DNA from: a virus
IMG/VR virus record: IMGVR_UViG_3300045988_125828
Location: 4,999 to 68,998 of that record
DNA: 64,000 bases
Direction: 5' to 3' (one strand)
In this document: positions 51,288 through 59,943 of the stretch, one piece after another
Layout: each line of letters starts with the position of its first letter
How positions within the stretch are numbered: the stretch's first letter is position 1
Position numbers and translations under genes: made by a program
The notes under the pieces: generated by a model
The model's database searches: none
Seen by the model: only the letters and a program-made list of their open reading frames with translations
Told to the model about the DNA's origin: nothing

Positions 51288-52161
51288 ACTAATAAATATA
51301 GAAATAATGGGTTTAGAAAATTATGAAGTGCTTCCAGTAGAAGCACAAGATGTTCAAATCGTACAGGTAGATGCAGTTGAACGCGCAAACGTAGATAGTC
51401 AAGTTGCAACAGCAAAACAATATCCAAGAAGTATCAAAAGGTGCGTTGACAATTCTATTGCTATGGCAACAATGGACGCAGAAACGGCTCAAAGTTGCGG
51501 GTATGCGTTGCCTCGCGGTGGAAAGCCTATTACCGGGCCGTCCGTTCACCTTGCAAAGATTATTGTTTCCAATTGGGGAAATATGAGAACAGAAGCTAAG
51601 GTAGTTCAAATCACCGACAAGCAAATAATCAGTAGAGGCACCTGCTGGGATTTGGAAGCTAACGTAGCCTCTGCCTTTGAGGTGAGAAGAAGCATTGTAG
51701 GTAAAAACGGAAATAGATTCAGCGATGATATGATTACCGTTACCGGAAATGCAGCAAATAGCATTGCATACAGAAATGCGGTGTTTGCCGTTGTTCCTAA
51801 AGCGGTGGTTGAAAAGGTATATAAAGCCGCACAAAAATTTATCACCGGCGATCTATCCGATGAAGAAAAAATAATAAAAAGAAGAAAAGGTGCAATAGAC
51901 TTCTTGTTTGATGAATACGGTATTACAGAGGAGGAAACAATTAAGTTGTGCGGCAAACAAACAATCAATCAGATTAAAGCGAATGAAATAGCGCTGCTTC
52001 TTGGAATTGTTCAGTCTCTGAAAGACGGAGATACTACCGTTGATGAACTTATGAAGCCAATCAGAGGAAGCAAGGAAGCAAAAAAAGAGGCTATGAGAAA
52101 GGCAATGGAACCGGTAGTTGATAAAACAACAGGTGAAATCTTTAACCAGCCAGCGCAATGA
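51256..52161 (+). CDS. single-strand annealing protein (RecT/Red-beta type, by synteny)
   Basis: Overlaps the start of the YqaJ exonuclease gene, the classic recombinase-exonuclease pair. Likely start ATG 51307 (MGLENYE). Confidence 0.55.
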   Translation: MLVRGYQDIVKLINIEIMGLENYEVLPVEAQDVQIVQVDAVERANVDSQVATAKQYPRSIKRCVDNSIAMATMDAETAQSCGYALPRGGKPITGPSVHLAKIIVSNWGNMRTEAKVVQITDKQIISRGTCWDLEANVASAFEVRRSIVGKNGNRFSDDMITVTGNAANSIAYRNAVFAVVPKAVVEKVYKAAQKFITGDLSDEEKIIKRRKGAIDFLFDEYGITEEETIKLCGKQTINQIKANEIALLLGIVQSLKDGDTTVDELMKPIRGSKEAKKEAMRKAMEPVVDKTTGEIFNQPAQ

Positions 52162-52826
52162 TAGAACAGGGTTCAAAGGAGTGGCTGGTGTCACGCTTGG
52201 GGTTTTTTACAGGAAGCCGTATTGGTGACCTTATGACAAGCGGTAAAAAGGGAGAGATGTTCGGAAAGACGGCTCTCTCTTATGTATATGAAGTGTGTGC
52301 AGAACGCGACTTGTTGCAATCATACATTGACGATGATTACCTTTTTGAGATATACCAGCAACAAGTAAGCATCAATAACAAGTTTATCGAGTTCGGGCAC
52401 GACAATGAAGATTTTGCCGCAGAAAGATACCAGCTTGTCACAGGATGCGAACTTGAAGAGTGCGAAAGCATACAGCACCCTACAATACCTTACTTTTCCG
52501 CTTCACCTGACCGGATAGCAATTAAAGATGCTTTAAGAAAGGTGGTAGAGGTGAAATGCCCAACTCCTAAAAAGTTCATGGAGTATATGAACGAGATCAA
52601 GGATAACGATACACTTAAATCAGTAAATCCTATATACTTCTACCAAACACAAGCGGAGATGTCCTGTACGGGTTTGGACAAAGCCGATTTTGTCGTTTTC
52701 TGCCCGTTCTTGAAACATAACATTCACATTGTAGAGATAACAAGGGATGAATCTGTAATAGCCGAATTCGAGAAGCGGATAAAGGCTGCAAATGAAATTA
52801 TTAATCAAATACTTAATAAAAAATGA
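52158..52826 (+). CDS. YqaJ-like (lambda Exo-type) exonuclease
   Basis: GSKEWLVSRLGFFTGSRIGDLM N-terminal signature, and ASPDR...VEVKCP PD-(D/E)xK core. Confidence 0.8.
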   Translation: MIEQGSKEWLVSRLGFFTGSRIGDLMTSGKKGEMFGKTALSYVYEVCAERDLLQSYIDDDYLFEIYQQQVSINNKFIEFGHDNEDFAAERYQLVTGCELEECESIQHPTIPYFSASPDRIAIKDALRKVVEVKCPTPKKFMEYMNEIKDNDTLKSVNPIYFYQTQAEMSCTGLDKADFVVFCPFLKHNIHIVEITRDESVIAEFEKRIKAANEIINQILNKK

Positions 52827-53203
52827 ATTTAACCGGAAGCATAGATTTGCTAAAACTTGAAAAGACAGGCATAGCAACAATTAAAAACAAAAAGTGTGTT
52901 ATTATTCCCATTGAGGAAAATGACTTGTATGTAAGCATGGACGAAAATCTGAAAGCGAAGTCCGTATATCTTGGCCTTAATGTTAATGAGCGAAGAGAAC
53001 CGAGCCAGTTTGGGAAGACGCATTATTGCAAGCAGTCTTTATCAAAGCAATACAGGGACGCGAACAAGACGGAGGCAGAGGCCAAATCAAAGGTTTATCT
53101 TGGAGACTTCAAGCCTTATGAATTTGAGGGTTCAAGCAATGCGGCTGCTACGGTGGAAGCGCCTGTTGAGCAGGTTGGTGACGATTCAGATTTGCCGTTT
53201 TAG
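52823..53203 (+). CDS. SSB-like protein with acidic DDSDLPF C-terminal tip
   Basis: 126 aa. The last residues GDDSDLPF mimic the bacterial SSB tip (D-D-D-I-P-F). Located after the recombination genes. Confidence 0.5.
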   Translation: MNLTGSIDLLKLEKTGIATIKNKKCVIIPIEENDLYVSMDENLKAKSVYLGLNVNERREPSQFGKTHYCKQSLSKQYRDANKTEAEAKSKVYLGDFKPYEFEGSSNAAATVEAPVEQVGDDSDLPF

Positions 53204-53250
53204 TTTCTAAATATATGAAAACAAATAGCTTTTTAAAAAGCGGTTAATAA

Positions 53251-53315
53251 ATAACAAATATGTTATAAAGCACTATTGAACTCCATTGCTTATTATAACA
53301 AATATGTTATCTTTG
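53251..53315 (+). promoter_or_regulatory. hicAB promoter with two identical palindromic operators
   Basis: ATAACAAATATGTTAT at 53251-53266 and 53295-53310. The second overlaps the -7 box TATCTTTG 53308-53315. Confidence 0.6.
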
Positions 53316-53334
53316 TGCCGTAAACAAATGGTCT

Positions 53335-53529
53335 TTGATTATCATGAAAGTATCAGAGTTCTTGAAAAAGGCTGCGAAGATAGGATGCCAGTTTGTTAGT
53401 CATGGGAAAGAACACGATGTTTGGTACAGTCCAAAAACTGGAAAGTATTTTCGTGTCGGCCGGCATGGCTCTCAAGAGATAAAAGGCGGAACCCTTAACA
53501 GCATGATGAAAGATGCGGGTCTTAAGTGA
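53335..53529 (+). CDS. hicA: HicA mRNA-interferase toxin
   Basis: From ATG 53344: MKVSEFLKKAAKIGCQFVSHGKEHDVWYSPKTGKYFRVGRHGSQEIKGGTLNSMMKDAGL. Typical HicA length and pattern (G..H......G....V..H...EI..GTL). Confidence 0.8.
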   Translation: MIIMKVSEFLKKAAKIGCQFVSHGKEHDVWYSPKTGKYFRVGRHGSQEIKGGTLNSMMKDAGLK

Positions 53530-53575
53530 CCCGCACATTTGTTTGCCCTAAACAAATATTCATTCTATTGCAATT

Positions 53576-53980
53576 ATGAAAGTAACAGCGGTAATTGAAA
53601 TGTGGGACGACAAGACAATCAGTGTATATGTCCCCGAATTTGACGGTTTCAGCTTGAGCGGTCAAGGAAAAAGTGTAGATGAAGCAAAATGTGCGCTACA
53701 TGAATGTGTCGAAGATTATGTTGCCTTGTTTAAAGAACAAGGAAAAGACGTTCCTAAATCATTGGTTGATATAAACTTTGAATACAAGTATGATATAGCG
53801 TCTTTTTTTGAGAATTTCAAGTTTATAAGCGTATCTACCTTTGCCAAGTATGCGGGTATTAATCCATCGCTAATGCGGCAATATAAACAAAGAATAGCTT
53901 TTGCTTCTGAAAGTCAAAAGAATAAGATCGAAAGTGCTATACATAAAGCTGGTAAAGAACTGGCAGCCGTAAGGCTTTGA
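53576..53980 (+). CDS. hicB: HicB-family antitoxin
   Basis: The N-terminal segment MKVTAVIEMWDDKTISVYVPEFDGFSLSGQGKSVDEAKCALHECVEDYV is HicB/UPF0150-like. The C-terminal part is HTH-like. Confidence 0.75.
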   Translation: MKVTAVIEMWDDKTISVYVPEFDGFSLSGQGKSVDEAKCALHECVEDYVALFKEQGKDVPKSLVDINFEYKYDIASFFENFKFISVSTFAKYAGINPSLMRQYKQRIAFASESQKNKIESAIHKAGKELAAVRL

Positions 53981-54020
53981 TATATCATTTGTTTACATCT
54001 CCTCTTTTGAGGAAACTAAG

Positions 54021-54050
54021 GCGGTGGAATTTTGGTTTCACCGCTTTTTT
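54021..54050 (+). terminator. intrinsic terminator after hicB
   Basis: GCGGTG 54021-26 pairs with CACCGC 54039-44, followed by T6. Confidence 0.7.
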
Positions 54051-54056
54051 ATTGCA

Positions 54057-54294
54057 TTTTCCTTTGGCATTTTGATTTGAGTTAGTATCTTTGCGGCATA
54101 CTTCGCCAAAGTATGATATGTATAGTATTCTGATTACGGCATATTTTATGTCGTTTTGACTGCTATATCGCAAAGATATAAGCCGTTAGACTTCCTTGAT
54201 AGGCTGTAATTGGAAACTATTATAGTCGTACTTTGGCGAGTAAAGGGAAGCTAACGGCTTTCTTTATATCTATAACTCAAATTTCATTTATCAA
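54057..54294 (+). promoter_or_regulatory. promoter plus about 200-nt structured leader (L1), paralog of L2
   Basis: 40 nt (54057-54096), including the -7 box TATCTTTG 54086-93, are identical to 59058-59097. Helix a is 54103-13/54229-39. Helix c is AGCCGTTAG 54181-89 / CTAACGGCT 54251-59, overlapping a small hairpin plus T-rich tract. Confidence 0.55.
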
Positions 54295-54927
54295 ATGCCA
54301 AAGTACAATGAAATCAGAGTTGAGCAGAACAATAGTATGCCCCTCTTTGCGCCTAACAGTGCGACAACTGTATCGTTATCTCTACTAAGTACCACAAGCG
54401 AAATCAAACGCTACTTCATGGCGGTGCTTGAATTATCAAAATCAAAAGAAGAATTTCCGGTAAATCTTGATGCGGTGTGGGCACTTGCTTATACCACCAA
54501 AAGAAACGCCTTTGTTGAACTTAAAAAATCATTTATTGAAGGTGTTGATTTTTACCTTATGCAAAAGAATAAGGTCATAAATACCAACAACTTAGCAAAC
54601 GGAGTAAAATACGATTGCTACCTTTCCCTACCCTGCATAGAATTCTTCATAGCAAGGAAAGTTCGCCCCGTATTTGATGTGTACCGCGAAGTCTTCCACA
54701 AGGTAAACGAGATTGTCCCGAAGGTTGCCAAATCAAGCGCAGCCGACAAACGGAAGATAGCAAGACTTGAAAAAGAAATCGAAACACTCGAAGAACAACT
54801 CAAATGGGCAAGGTGGAGCGAACGCAGGGAAATAGAACTAAAGTGCGCTTGCTTCTCCTATCTCGTAAAGACGAAGCAATACAAGAACTGGGAAGAATAC
54901 AGAAGAACGGGGATAGTCAAAAAGTAA
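54295..54927 (+). CDS. AntA-like antirepressor-domain protein (copy 1)
   Basis: CYLSLPCIEFFIARKVRPVFDVYREVF and a C-terminal coiled coil. 227 nt (54640-54866) are closely similar to 59626-59852. Confidence 0.65.
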   Translation: MPKYNEIRVEQNNSMPLFAPNSATTVSLSLLSTTSEIKRYFMAVLELSKSKEEFPVNLDAVWALAYTTKRNAFVELKKSFIEGVDFYLMQKNKVINTNNLANGVKYDCYLSLPCIEFFIARKVRPVFDVYREVFHKVNEIVPKVAKSSAADKRKIARLEKEIETLEEQLKWARWSERREIELKCACFSYLVKTKQYKNWEEYRRTGIVKK

Positions 54928-54932
54928 TAGCC

Positions 54933-55016
54933 ATGGTTGAAATACTTATTGTGCTGGGTAGCCTTTTATCAGGCTACCTCACTTTCCGAAAGAACGGAGA
55001 GAAACTTTTCTATTGA
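54933..55016 (+). CDS. possible 27-aa membrane peptide (or conserved hairpin element)
   Basis: MVEILIVLGSLLSGYLTFRKNGEKLFY. Also contains the hairpin GGTAGCC..GGCTACC. A paralog lies at 59944. Confidence 0.25.
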   Translation: MVEILIVLGSLLSGYLTFRKNGEKLFY

Positions 55017-55039
55017 TATAACTTAAAAATTTCATACTT

Positions 55040-55879
55040 ATGAACACTTCAATTATTAAATTCGATTACAACGGAAATCAAATTCCTTTTGAAAAAGGAG
55101 ATGATGTAATGGTAAACCTTACAGCTATGGCGAAAGCCTATCCTGATAAGAATTTATCCACAATTGTTAACTCACAGGAAATCAGTGATTATTGCGCATC
55201 CCTTTCAAAACTAAAAAATTTTAGTTTTGCTGATTTACTGATAGTTAGGAAAGGAGCACCCGATTTAGGAGGAGGTACTTGGGCGCATCGCCTTGTCGCT
55301 ATTCGTGTCGCTCAAAAACTAAATTCCGATTTAGCGGTATGGGTGGATATGAGAGTGGATGAACTTCTTAAATACGGCATGACCGCTACACAGCCAACTT
55401 TGGAACAAATGATTAACAACCCCGACCTTGTTATCAGCCTTGCCACCCAGCTAAAGAACGAACGAGAGGAGAAACAAAGGATAGAGACAGAAAATTTGTA
55501 TCTAAAAGAACAGAATGAAGCACAGCGCCCGGCTGTTGTATTTACAGAAAGCGTAAAGGTAAGTAACACAAACATACTTATTGAAGACCTTGCGAAGCTG
55601 ATAACTCAAAATGGATATACTATTGGGGAAATCAGATTATATAATTGGTTGGTGGATAATGGGTATTTGATACGGCATAAAAGATGGAGCAATTCAAGAA
55701 GGAAATATGAAAACTATTATACTCCAACGCAGAGAGCTGCGGAAATGAAGTTGTTTTGGGTTTCAGAAAGGGTAATTTCAAATCCAGGTCAACCGCAGTT
55801 TACAAAATTTACATGCTATGTCACAGGAGAGGGGCAGGTGTATTTTATTAATAAATTCAATAAATTAAAAGTAGCATAA
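55040..55879 (+). CDS. KilA-N / KilAC (ANT) antirepressor-like protein (copy 1)
   Basis: N-terminal segment IKFDYNGNQIPFEKGDDVMVNLTAMAKAY...GTWAHRLVAIRVAQ is KilA-N-like. C-terminal segment LAKLITQNGYTIGEIRLYNWLVDNGYL...VTGEGQVYF is KilAC-like. Confidence 0.75.
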   Translation: MNTSIIKFDYNGNQIPFEKGDDVMVNLTAMAKAYPDKNLSTIVNSQEISDYCASLSKLKNFSFADLLIVRKGAPDLGGGTWAHRLVAIRVAQKLNSDLAVWVDMRVDELLKYGMTATQPTLEQMINNPDLVISLATQLKNEREEKQRIETENLYLKEQNEAQRPAVVFTESVKVSNTNILIEDLAKLITQNGYTIGEIRLYNWLVDNGYLIRHKRWSNSRRKYENYYTPTQRAAEMKLFWVSERVISNPGQPQFTKFTCYVTGEGQVYFINKFNKLKVA

Positions 55880-55880
55880 A

Positions 55881-56261
55881 ATGAGAACAGATGTAAGGAC
55901 AGTGTACCATTGCGAACATTGCAACAAAATATCACTCAACAAAGGGGCTATGACATTACATGAGGATAAATGCAAAAGAAACCCCGTTAATAGAGCTTAT
56001 TGCATAGGATGCGAGCATCTCATAGTAGAGGATATAGAATATAACGATAAGATTAGTGAATGCGATTCTGATGAGTTTACTCCAGGTGTAAGGCCTCGCC
56101 GCAAATTTATATGCGATATAGACAACAAGGTAATGTATCATCCAAAAGTCAGAACGTTCAGTAAGGAGAAAAGAGATATGATACTTAGCATATCTCAAAA
56201 GCCTATGCCTAATCAGATTGAAGGTTGCAAGGACTTTGAGGAAAGGGATATTCCATTTTGA
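55881..56261 (+). CDS. zinc-finger protein
   Basis: CEHCNK...HEDKC and CIGCEH Cys/His clusters. Confidence 0.55.
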   Translation: MRTDVRTVYHCEHCNKISLNKGAMTLHEDKCKRNPVNRAYCIGCEHLIVEDIEYNDKISECDSDEFTPGVRPRRKFICDIDNKVMYHPKVRTFSKEKRDMILSISQKPMPNQIEGCKDFEERDIPF

Positions 56262-56294
56262 TTATGAAACTATTATTATTAAAATACAAGTATT

Positions 56295-56705
56295 ATGCTA
56301 TACGAATTTAAGCTTAAAGTAAACAAGGTTAACGAGAAAGGCGATGAAAAAGAAGTTACCGAGCAATTCATCACTGATGTAGATTTGTTCTGTCAGGCAG
56401 AACAGAAAGGACTTGAAATGTACGCTTCTAACAATATGGAGTGTGACGTTTTCGCAATCAGCCGTAGCAAGATACGTGAGATTGTCAATGAGAAGCAGGA
56501 TGATGAGTTCTTTTACAAGGTTACTCTGATTGATGTTTTCGTTGACGATAAAGGCAATGAAAAAAGCAACAAGTACTATGTTCTCATTTCCGCAAAAGAC
56601 ATGGATGATGCCAACAAAAAGGCGGCGGAATACATGAAGCAGGGACTTCAAGATATGAAGCTGGATGCTATTGCCAAAACAAAGATTTTAGACTTAATAA
56701 AATAA
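56295..56705 (+). CDS. hypothetical protein
   Basis: 136-aa ORF. The antisense ORF 56298-56651 is spurious. Confidence 0.6.
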   Translation: MLYEFKLKVNKVNEKGDEKEVTEQFITDVDLFCQAEQKGLEMYASNNMECDVFAISRSKIREIVNEKQDDEFFYKVTLIDVFVDDKGNEKSNKYYVLISAKDMDDANKKAAEYMKQGLQDMKLDAIAKTKILDLIK

Positions 56706-56917
56706 ACCAAAAGCCCTCTACTGATGTAGAAGTCCTGTGAAAGGTTCAGGTTAAGATTTAATCAGCTAACAAATTAACTATCCCGGTGTGGTTTGACCGC
56801 CTATCCGGGAACAAGGGCCTGTGAAGGTCTTCCTTTTTTATTAGATATTCATACATACTCGTCAAGCCCAATCAGGGTTACGCCAATGGCACTGTATACG
56901 GGAACTGGCGAGAAAAC

Positions 56918-57048
56918 GGAGAATATGGTAGCGCTGAACGTATTGGAATGACATAGTGTGATTTGCCATGATTATTTAAGGTTAGTTTATATTCAGTTTC
57001 AATAATTCCAGCAAAACAGCGTGCCCTGTTCGATTCGGGGCTTCTCCT
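56918..57048 (+). ncRNA. degenerate tRNA-like element with a long rod in place of the anticodon arm
   Basis: GGAGAAT 56918-24 vs CTTCTCC 57041-47 (6 of 7 pair). T arm CCCTG-TTCGATT-CGGGG 57024-40, with the same T-loop as 50228-34. GCGCTG 56931-36 pairs with CAGCGT 57017-22, and TGGAAT 56944-49 pairs with ATTCCA 57005-10. No proper D arm or variable loop. Confidence 0.25.
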
Positions 57049-57063
57049 CTAAATATATTTACC

Positions 57064-57228
57064 ATGAGACTTACATTAACCAAAACAGAAATTGCAATTG
57101 TTCAGAAACTTGTGATAGACCGAAAGTGTGACATTCATAATGCAGGAGGTGACAGCAAGCAGTATGAGATGCTAAGTAAGCTAAACAAAAAAAATGCAAG
57201 GCAGGCAAAGAAATTTTATAAAACATGA
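57064..57228 (+). CDS. hypothetical small protein (54 aa)
   Basis: MRLTLTKTEIAIVQKLVIDRKCDIHNAGGDSKQYEML... Its stop overlaps the next ATG (ATGA). Confidence 0.4.
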   Translation: MRLTLTKTEIAIVQKLVIDRKCDIHNAGGDSKQYEMLSKLNKKNARQAKKFYKT

Positions 57229-57410
57229 AACCCTACGTAATTACCTCTATGGCTCTCATTACACACAGCGGGAAAAAGTTACCGCTTACAGTAATAGAGA
57301 GCCACATCCTAACAAAACCTTTGGAAACAATCAAGGATAAGCTGCTTGATGCTTTCTCTACGATGAAAGACAAGCCGGTGAATGTTGAATTGAAAATAAA
57401 ATATGTATGA
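57225..57410 (+). CDS. hypothetical protein
   Basis: 61-aa ORF with coupled start/stop overlaps on both sides. Confidence 0.5.
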   Translation: MKPYVITSMALITHSGKKLPLTVIESHILTKPLETIKDKLLDAFSTMKDKPVNVELKIKYV

Positions 57411-57760
57411 AAAATGTAGAAAGTAAAATACAAATAGCTTGTGTTAATTGGTTTCGTTACCAATATCCCAAATACAAAAAACTCCTATTTTCTGTTCCTA
57501 ATGGTGGCGCAAGAAATTCAATCACTGGAGCAATCCTAAAAATGGAGGGCGCGCTTGCAGGCGTGTCTGATCTTATTTTTTTGAAACCGAACCGTTTTTA
57601 TGGCTGCTTGTGCATTGAAATGAAACAGCCAAAAGGGAGACAACAAGAAAGCCAAAAAGAGTGGCAGAAAGCCGTAGAGTCAGCAGGAAATAAATATGTT
57701 GTTGTCCGTTCGCTTGACGAGTTTATAGAAGTAGTAACCGATTATCTGAAAGATGTATAA
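57407..57760 (+). CDS. VRR-NUC domain nuclease
   Basis: GVSDLIFL...CIEMKQPKGRQQESQKEWQKAVESAG fits the VRR-NUC D..(D/E)xK..Q..W pattern. Confidence 0.8.
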   Translation: MKNVESKIQIACVNWFRYQYPKYKKLLFSVPNGGARNSITGAILKMEGALAGVSDLIFLKPNRFYGCLCIEMKQPKGRQQESQKEWQKAVESAGNKYVVVRSLDEFIEVVTDYLKDV

Positions 57761-57762
57761 CT

Positions 57763-58056
57763 ATGGCAGAATCATTTAAGAATGATTACAAGGACGACAA
57801 ACTCCGCTGGGATTTGCTCCCGCTGGATTTGATAGAGGAAATAGTTAAGGTATATCACTTTGGCGCAAAGAAGTACGCTCCTAATAGCTGGCAGAATCTT
57901 CCTGACGCGGAAAACCGATATTATTCTGCGCTTCTTCGGCACTTGGTAGCATATCGAAAAGGTGAAACGAAAGACGAGGAAAGCGGGCTTCATCCGCTTG
58001 CTCATGTTATATGGAACGGGCTTGCACTGCTCTATTTTGCAATAAAGAAAAAATAA
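57763..58056 (+). CDS. dATP/dGTP diphosphohydrolase N-terminal-like domain protein (tentative)
   Basis: KLRWDLLPLDLIEEIVKVYHFGAKKYAPNSWQN...LLRHLVAYRKGETKDEESGLHPLAHV resembles that family as I recall it. Confidence 0.5.
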   Translation: MAESFKNDYKDDKLRWDLLPLDLIEEIVKVYHFGAKKYAPNSWQNLPDAENRYYSALLRHLVAYRKGETKDEESGLHPLAHVIWNGLALLYFAIKKK

Positions 58057-58088
58057 TAAAAATCCCGATGATCCATTTGGGGATATAG

Positions 58089-58499
58089 ATGAGTATAAAA
58101 AATGTTTATATGGAAATAAATAGAATAGCCCATGAATGGGCATGCAGCAATAAAGATAAGTCTTTAGAGGAAGCTTTCACAGCGGGGTTTAGCTATAATC
58201 ATAAAATTGCAGGATTAAAGAATATAGATGAACGAAAGGAGAAGTTTAAGGCAGAAGTGCTTCTTTATCAAAGTCAATATCCTGATTATATGCTGATTGA
58301 ATTTTATGAATACTGGTCTGAGTGCGGGGGACGGAAAATGAGGTTTGAGAAAGAAAAGACATTTGAGGTTAGTAAGAGATTAGCGCGCTGGAGTAATAAT
58401 AGCTTTAGAAATAATGGGAACAGAAATTACACTAACAAGCAAGGAAATAGCGGTTCTATCTTCCAAGCAGCTGATAGCTATCTGCAAGAACATCAGTAG
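58089..58499 (+). CDS. hypothetical protein
   Basis: 136-aa ORF (..FYEYWSECGGRKMRFEKEKTFEVSKRLARW). Confidence 0.55.
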   Translation: MSIKNVYMEINRIAHEWACSNKDKSLEEAFTAGFSYNHKIAGLKNIDERKEKFKAEVLLYQSQYPDYMLIEFYEYWSECGGRKMRFEKEKTFEVSKRLARWSNNSFRNNGNRNYTNKQGNSGSIFQAADSYLQEHQ

Positions 58500-59055
58500 C
58501 GAGATAACAACCATTAAACAAGCAATCAATTCTCCGCCAATCCAGCTGTCACAATGGAAATCCGTTAATGCGGATTGCATAAAGGCCGTCCTTGTAAAAT
58601 TTATCGAAGGAACACTTTTGTTTTATGGAAGAACGAGGGAAGACATGAATGATTATCAAGTCGCTTCCGTCGTTAACTCTATTCTTGAGAAATACTACTA
58701 TTTCCGTATTGAAGATGTATGTCTTTGCTTTAAACGTGCTCGCGAAAATTCGGCATACGGTAAGTTCTACGGTCGCATTGACGGTTCCGTAATAATGAAC
58801 TGGTTTGCTACTTATGACAGGGAGCGTGACGAAATAATACACTCTTTCAATGATGTAAAGATTGAGCATAACACATCTGAAAACATATCACGTGAGGAAT
58901 ACAAGGAAATTCTCTTTGCGAAAATGGCAGGAGGAGATTTGTATGCAAATGCCGATTACATGAAGATGTGCGAGATAAATAATCTATTCTTCGATAAGAG
59001 AATCGAGATAGGGAACTATAAGTATAACAGGTTGCATAAGTTTGATAAAAAATAG
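58414..59055 (+). CDS. hypothetical protein
   Basis: 213-aa ORF with an 86-nt overlap with the previous gene, so the true start is uncertain. Confidence 0.5.
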   Translation: MGTEITLTSKEIAVLSSKQLIAICKNISSEITTIKQAINSPPIQLSQWKSVNADCIKAVLVKFIEGTLLFYGRTREDMNDYQVASVVNSILEKYYYFRIEDVCLCFKRARENSAYGKFYGRIDGSVIMNWFATYDRERDEIIHSFNDVKIEHNTSENISREEYKEILFAKMAGGDLYANADYMKMCEINNLFFDKRIEIGNYKYNRLHKFDKK

Positions 59056-59057
59056 GA

Positions 59058-59292
59058 TTTTCCTTTGGCATTTTGATTTGAGTTAGTATCTTTGCGGTGA
59101 AAAGTTCGCCAAACTTTTATAATACAGCATTTAGGATAGGGATTTTTTATATCCTTATGACTACTGCTTATCGCAAAGATATAGCCGTTAGTTTCCCATT
59201 GAATACCTATCCATTTGCGATATGTAGAAGTTTGGCGACTTGGGGAGGCTAACGGCTTCTTCTTTATATATAACTCAAATTTCGTTTTCAAA
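59058..59292 (+). promoter_or_regulatory. promoter plus structured leader (L2), paralog of L1
   Basis: -7 box TATCTTTG 59087-94. Helix a is TCGCCAAACTT 59106-16 / AAGTTTGGCGA 59228-38. Helix c is AGCCGTTAG 59183-91 / CTAACGGCT 59249-57. Confidence 0.55.
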
Positions 59293-59937
59293 ATGCCAAA
59301 CTTCAACGGAATTGTGAGTACATTGAATAATAGTAGATGTATAAACACGTCTGCACACGAAACGTGCATCCTTTCATTATCTTCTTCAACAGAAGACATT
59401 AAGCGTTATTTTAAAGCTATTTTGGAACTTTCAAAACTGGATGTTCCATATCCTGTCAACCTTGATTACGTGTGGATGCTTGCCTATTCAAGAAAGGACA
59501 AGGCAGTAACAGCACTTAAAGAAAATTTCATTGAAAGCATTGATTACCAAGTTTTCCACCAAAAAGGGGAAAACCCAAAAGGTGGCAGACCAACAATAGA
59601 ATACCACCTCTCCGTCTCCTGCTTGGAATACTTCATTGCCCGCAAGGTTCGTCCCGTATTCGATGTGTACAGAGAAGTCTTTCACAAGGTGAATGAGATT
59701 GCACCAAAGGTCGCCAAGTCAAGCGCAGCCGACAAGCGGAAAATTGCAAGGCTTGAAAAGGAACTGGAGTTCACGAAAAATCTTCTCGAATGGACAAAGT
59801 GTAGCGAACGCAGGGAAATCGAACTAAAGTGCGCTTGCTTCTCCTATCTCGTTGAAACCAAACAATACGACAAAATGGTTGAGCACAGAGAGCACAAAGC
59901 AGCCGAGAGAATGAAACGGGAATTAGGTTTAATCTGA
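59215..59937 (+). CDS. AntA-like antirepressor-domain protein (copy 2)
   Basis: GGRPTIEYHLSVSCLEYFIARKVRPVFDVYREVF. The real start is probably ATG 59293 (MPNFNG), after the leader. Confidence 0.65.
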   Translation: MRYVEVWRLGEANGFFFIYNSNFVFKMPNFNGIVSTLNNSRCINTSAHETCILSLSSSTEDIKRYFKAILELSKLDVPYPVNLDYVWMLAYSRKDKAVTALKENFIESIDYQVFHQKGENPKGGRPTIEYHLSVSCLEYFIARKVRPVFDVYREVFHKVNEIAPKVAKSSAADKRKIARLEKELEFTKNLLEWTKCSERREIELKCACFSYLVETKQYDKMVEHREHKAAERMKRELGLI

Positions 59938-59943
59938 CAAAGC

